Positions 43,101-47,426 of a DNA stretch of 47,426 nt are shown here, piece by piece; position 1 is the first letter of the stretch; the number at the start of each line of letters is the position of its first letter. The notes under the pieces were generated by a model, which made no database searches, was not told the origin of the DNA, and saw nothing but the letters and a program-made list of their open reading frames with translations. Source of the stretch: Macrostomum lignano (taxonomy: Eukaryota); NCBI GenBank assembly GCA_002269645.1, contig NIVC01003066.1:1-47426 (forward strand). Direction: 5' to 3'. The position numbers and the translations under genes are program-made.

Positions 43101-45915
43101 TATTGGCTAGTTTAGTGGCTTCCTAATGGCTAGTTTAGTGGCTTCCTATTGGCTAGTTTATTGGCTTCCTATTGGCTAGTTTATTGGCTTCCTATTGGCT
43201 AGTTTATTGGCTTCCTATTGGCTAGTTTATTGGCTTCATGTTAGCCAGTGCTGGTTACTAAAGTTTATGTTTTTTTTCGATTGTTCATGATTTCTAGATT
43301 TTATCATTCGCAAGTCAGGCCCACAACAGTCAGATCAGAAGCAGCAAAAGCAGCTTGAAGAACAACAGAAGCAATCGTCGAAATCGTCTGATTATAATCG
43401 AGCTTCAGATTCAACTGCCGCGTCAGCTGATAGTCGGGTAATTAATCACTCCTATACGATATTTCCTATCAATTGATTTGTAAAATTTAGAGTATTATAA
43501 TGCTACTATTCAGTAGTGTATCTAAAATTTCTAAAATATTTTTACCTTTAGTACAAAACATGCATCTATAATACTCCTAAGAGTTGTAGCCTAGTGGTTA
43601 GAGCATCGGACTGACGACTGAAAGGTCGGGGGTTCAATTCTAGACCCAATCGGAACAATTTGTGTCCTTGAGCAAGACACTTAACTCTGCATTGCTTCAG
43701 TTCACCCAGCTGTAAAATGGGTGCCAGCATTAGCTGGGGTAATTGAGGCTGTGTGGCGACCCCCCCCCCCCCAGTCCTTGGACTGAACAGCCGTACGCAG
43801 CCTTCAGATTCGCCGCGCAATAGCTGCGGCTGAGCTGTCGGTTGCACATCTGGCTCAATTGGAGCACTACTTCGGTTAGCTATGTCTAGGCTTAGGCTGT
43901 ACGTGGCCTGTTACTTTTATTATATTCTTTAAGCGAAAAAAATCTTTAAGCTCAAGTATTATACGGTATACTCCAAGAGGACAGGCAAAGCATTATTAAG
44001 CTGTCATTCATTTGATTGCGTGTTGCTCTTCAGAGGCAAGTTAATTGCAGCGAGAATCTTTTCTTCGTTAAGCCGCTTTTCCTGCTAGAAAGAAAATCTT
44101 TTACTGTTTTGTGAATCGGTTTTAGCTAATCAGCTAATTTGATTAGGTAGTGGCGTGCGCTGTTAGCTTTTAGTGGCTTTGTTCTCATAACTTTTTTAAT
44201 ATGCTGCTAGCCATTGTTTTGCAGACAGACTTAGTGATTGATTCACAGACAGACTTTGTGATTGATTCACAGACAGACTTAGTGATTGATTCACAGACAG
44301 ACTTAGTGATTGTTCACAGACAGACTTAGTGATTGATTCACAGACAGACTTAGTGATTGATTCACAGACAGACTTAGTGATCGATTCACAGACAGACATA
44401 GTGATTGATTCACAGACAGACTTAGTGATTGATTCACAGACAGACTTAGTGATTGGTTCACAGACAGACTTAGTGATTGATTCACAGACAGACTTAGTGA
44501 TCGATTCACAGACAGACTTAGTGATTGATTCACAGACAGACTTAGTGATTGATTCACAGACAGACTTAGTGATTGATTCACACACAGACTTAGTGATTGA
44601 TTCATAGACAGACTTAGTGATTGGTTCACAGACAGACTTAGTGATTGATTCACAGACAGACTTAGTGATTGATTCACAGACAGACGTTTTAAGAGTTTTA
44701 TAAAGGAAGTATTACGTGTTTTTTATTGGCATCTCCTCAAAATTCCCATCATTTCACTGTCCAGGTACAACTACTATGGAAGCCTCTACAGCCATCTGGA
44801 TCTGTCTCCAGCTCCAGAGGTCGCAGATCTTCCCCTACAGCAGCTGTTGCCTCCGCTACAACTCGGGACAGCGCATCGGGCAGTAAAAGCAGCAGAAAAG
44901 ACGACAGTAGTGGCGCATCCAAGTTCGTACCGGTTGTTCCTGCCGCAGCCGACGCGTCATCCTCTGACAAACGCTCTGCCGAACGAATTTCTCAGTCTAC
45001 TATTCAGCAGAGAATTCGCGAAATTGAAGACCGTCATCGCAAATATTCGCCTAATGCTAGAGAGCAGCGTTGGTCACCTAAGCAGCAACTAATTAAGCAG
45101 GAGAAGCAACCGGAAGAAACACAGCATCAGCAGCAATTGCCGCAACAGCCATCTCAGCGACATCATTTGCATCCTCGATTTTATAATAATTCTTCAATAA
45201 ATCGCGTTCCGAGTCCTAAACTGCCGCGTCAGTCTCAGTATCAGCAGCGTCTTCAACCCGATGTTTCGCCTCGCGATTCACGCGACAATCGACGCTATCA
45301 GTCTAGAGATAGCCGTAGCCGTAGCCGTAGTCGTGGTCGTAGCCGTAGTCGTGGCCGTAGCCGTAGTCGAAGCTACAGCCGAAGCCGCAGCCGGAGTCCG
45401 TATCGCTTCGCGGGCTATCGCCCTTGGCAGCCGCGCGGCTGGCACAGAGGCAGGGGCAGGGGCCGAGGCGGAGCCTACCGAGGCTACAGAGGAGGCGGCT
45501 ATAATCGCTATCATAATAATCCTCGCTCTAGGTCCCGTTCGAGGTCCCGTTCAATTTCCCGCTCGAGATCCCGATCCAGAAATCGATCCGCTCGCTATCT
45601 CGTTCGCCTCATTTTACTCGAGCCGGCGTTGTGCCTCTGCCTACTACTACAAATACTACTTCTACTACTAGTAGTACTAATAGAAAGCGAAACGACAAAA
45701 AAGAATTGCCGAAAGAGAAGTCGCCGAAAAAGGATTTACCAATCAAGTCGCCGACGCCTTCAGCATCAGCAGCCTCGCCCGAAGCCGCCGCAGTCGCCGA
45801 GTCTAAACGAAGTCCTCATCCAGAAGAGACGCTGGCGGACTTGGAAAATTTCCTTGCCGAATTGAAGCAAAAAAACGAGACATCGATTTGGATTAAAAAT
45901 GCATGTTACAGTTGA
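33327..45915 (+). CDS. TTC14: Tetratricopeptide repeat protein 14-like (S1-like, TPR, long RS/RD-rich tail). Exons: about 33327-33567, 33654-33785, 35794-35952, 36659-36846, 37969-38160, 38246-38368, 39392-39500, 39583-39788, 40392-42433, 43298-43437, 44765-about 45915. 5' end unresolved.
   Basis: [10 protein letters not shown]...RRQQF; GDLVRC.VLD; IKL|GFISS.E.P; FKNPG...LGIDE; GVEHFRAG...[18 protein letters not shown]...A..DFE.AL...P.H.NAR.YL. Exon phases are consistent. Frameshift at about 45598 and possibly at about 45875. The 42433 donor is one of several in-phase options. Confidence 0.82.
33880..35690. repeat. About 23-bp heterogeneous minisatellite (aagaatcgccatcaatccacccc) in a TTC14 intron
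   Basis: Direct reading. Confidence 0.95.
36055..36588. repeat. Homogeneous 24-bp minisatellite (gagaatcgccgctaaacccaccat), related to 33880-35690
   Basis: About 22 near-identical copies; shares agaatcgcc...ccacc. Confidence 0.95.
36925..37925. repeat. About 28-bp minisatellite (cagttgctgggccagcctcccagagtgt); same family as TOM1 intron 4
   Basis: Reverse complement of the 5568-5975 unit. Confidence 0.95.
38570..39355. repeat. About 41-bp intronic tandem repeat with an internal agtcta-tggg-tagact hairpin
   Basis: Direct reading. Confidence 0.93.
39810..40345. repeat. (GACA)n-based intronic repeat
   Basis: Direct reading. Confidence 0.9.
41110..41560 (+). repeat. Coding 45-bp repeat, 10 copies, encoding RFDRPLSPR(G/D/E)RESR(D/E)
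   Basis: In frame within the large TTC14 exon. Confidence 0.93.
42520..43240. repeat. 22-bp intronic minisatellite (ttattggcttcctattggctagt-like)
   Basis: Direct reading. Confidence 0.93.
43581..43915 (+). mobile_element. tRNA-derived SINE with a CORE-like central domain
   Basis: A box tagcctagtggtt, B box ggttcaattct, then tgtgtccttgagcaagacacttaactct...tcagtt...ctgtaaaatggg, which parallels the MIR CORE consensus. 3' end approximate. Confidence 0.75.
44220..44686. repeat. 24-bp intronic minisatellite (cacagacagacttagtgattgatt)
   Basis: Direct reading. Confidence 0.95.
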
Positions 45916-46274
45916 CGCGTTTTCTAAACTGGCACGGTTTTAGAATGAAAAAAGACTATGTTAAATAAGTATATTGGCATATGTATTAATTTCGCTTTGA
46001 TATTAGTCTCAATTCAACTCTTTTTTCAGTAGTTTCTCTGCGCATTGTCACTAAAATTTAATGTGAGGCAGCTAAAATCTCCTTTCCATTCCTCGGAGTT
46101 TGCGGTCTTAGTAGACTATATTGGAAAAAAAATCGGTTTAGGCATTCAGGCTGTACACTGTAATACCGGTCAGACTAGACCTTAGAAATTTAGTATATTG
46201 TGATGTATGATATGGGGGTTAAGCATGAACAACAAGCATTTAACTTTTACATCAGTGAACGCCAGACAAGACGA

Positions 46275-46630
46275 GACTCAGTCTAGGGGGACAGGCCCAA
46301 TCTATCTCAGCCAATCAGAAAGCAGTAAGAAGAGAAGTCAGTCAGCCGGGGGGGCAAACCCAATCCAGCTCAGCCAATGAGAGAGCAGTAAGGAGAGAGG
46401 ACAAGTCAGACGGACGAAAGTCAGTCTGAGGCGGCCCGATATAGCTCAGCCAATGAAAGAGCAGTAAGGAGAGAGGACAAGTCAGACGGACGAAAGCCAG
46501 TCTGAGGGGCGGCCCGATCCAGCTCAACCAATGAAAGAGCAGTGAGGAGAGAGCAGGTCAAAGTCAGATAAACAAAAGTTAGCCGGGGCGGGGGCAGGCC
46601 CAATCTAGCTCAGCCAATGAGAGAGCAGCA
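46275..46630 (+). repeat. About five degenerate 60-85 bp units, each with a (g/a)ccaat(g/c)a box
   Basis: ctcagccaatga.agagcagt is repeated; GC-box-like ggggcggggc at about 46585. Confidence 0.75.
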
Positions 46631-47011
46631 AGAAATAGAATAGATACCTTGCACTTTGAAGCTGCTACTCTGTAAGCGGTGGTAAATGCACATTTTCCTA
46701 GGTTTTTAATAATCAAATTTCAGCCAATTAATTTTAAAGCAATTTTAGCGGTTTAAAGAAAATTTGTACAACTAATTGTTCTTCTCTGCGCTCTCCTGTT
46801 TAATTGATTCGCATCCTAATTTACTAATCTCCGATAATAATTACAATAATTACAGTAGTAAATGTTTGTCTGTCAATAAAATAACTAATTATAATTATAC
46901 TAGTTGTTAGCACGTAGTTTACACGTAAAATACGAATTTAATAAATTAATAATAATAATAAAATTCACTTTTACTCGTTAAATTTTTGAATTTCTTTACT
47001 AATTCTTGTCT

Positions 47012-47426
47012 TTATATTTTTGCTAGGGTGTGTTCGCGACAATGATTGAGCTGCATCCGCGTTGTTATTAGTGTACTAATACTAAATATTGGCAACCTTA
47101 GTACCCATTGGTTTAGTGAACCCCTTAGTATCACGGATGTAGTCTCAATGCCAGTATTGGTGACCTTATGTAATTTATAGACTGAAAATGTTCGCTCTTA
47201 GATACAATAATCAATAAAACAAGGATTATTACGAATTTAATGATCCGTGGATTGGCTATTTTTATACTCGGCTAAAGTCCATTTATATGTAATAGAAGTT
47301 AAATTGATTATCTACAATAATATATTTATATACATACGCCTCTTTTCTTAGGATGCTTAAAGTAATAAATCCTGACACAAATAAAAGGAGAGTCGGTTTT
47401 CATACAAATGGAAGCTGAGAGTCGAC
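47012..47426 (-). CDS. Possible last two exons (>47426-47338 and 47164-47012) of an unidentified gene convergent with TTC14
   Basis: Open frame ...DSPFICVRIYYFKHPKKRG|VTNTGIETTSVILRGS...AKI*, with a GTATGT donor and an AG acceptor in phase 0. No family recognised. Confidence 0.3.

Noticed and set aside
43581-43655. tRNA gene
   Set aside because: No complete cloverleaf, and it is followed by a SINE core domain.

Overview
Animal (probably invertebrate) genomic DNA; the species cannot be named from the sequence. Host genes: the 3' end of PSMC3/Rpt5 (+), an intronless CFAP418/C8orf37 homologue (-), a 5-exon TOM1-family VHS-GAT gene (-), a TTC14-like TPR/RS gene with at least 11 exons (+), and possibly the 3' end of an unidentified gene (-). 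Almost every long intron is filled with its own tandem repeat. The interval from about 10 to 33 kb is transposon-rich. It holds two Penelope-like relics with hammerhead ribozymes, four hAT-type non-autonomous families and a young, full-length 10.4 kb Ty3/Gypsy LTR retrotransposon (17201-27559, -). The most unusual object is this Gypsy element. Its Gag-Pro frame carries a CSDE1/UNR-like cold-shock domain next to the CCHC zinc knuckle, the same domain pair as LIN28. Its sense 3' UTR has four repeated let-7 seed-match sites in structured 81-bp units. Also notable: one MITE family inserted independently into two copies of the same host repeat, and a perfect 18-bp inverted repeat pairs the TOM1 last splice acceptor with its 3' UTR. 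Several 1-nt frameshifts in conserved host genes suggest assembly indel errors, so all pseudogene calls are provisional. All comparisons were made by eye; no searches were run.
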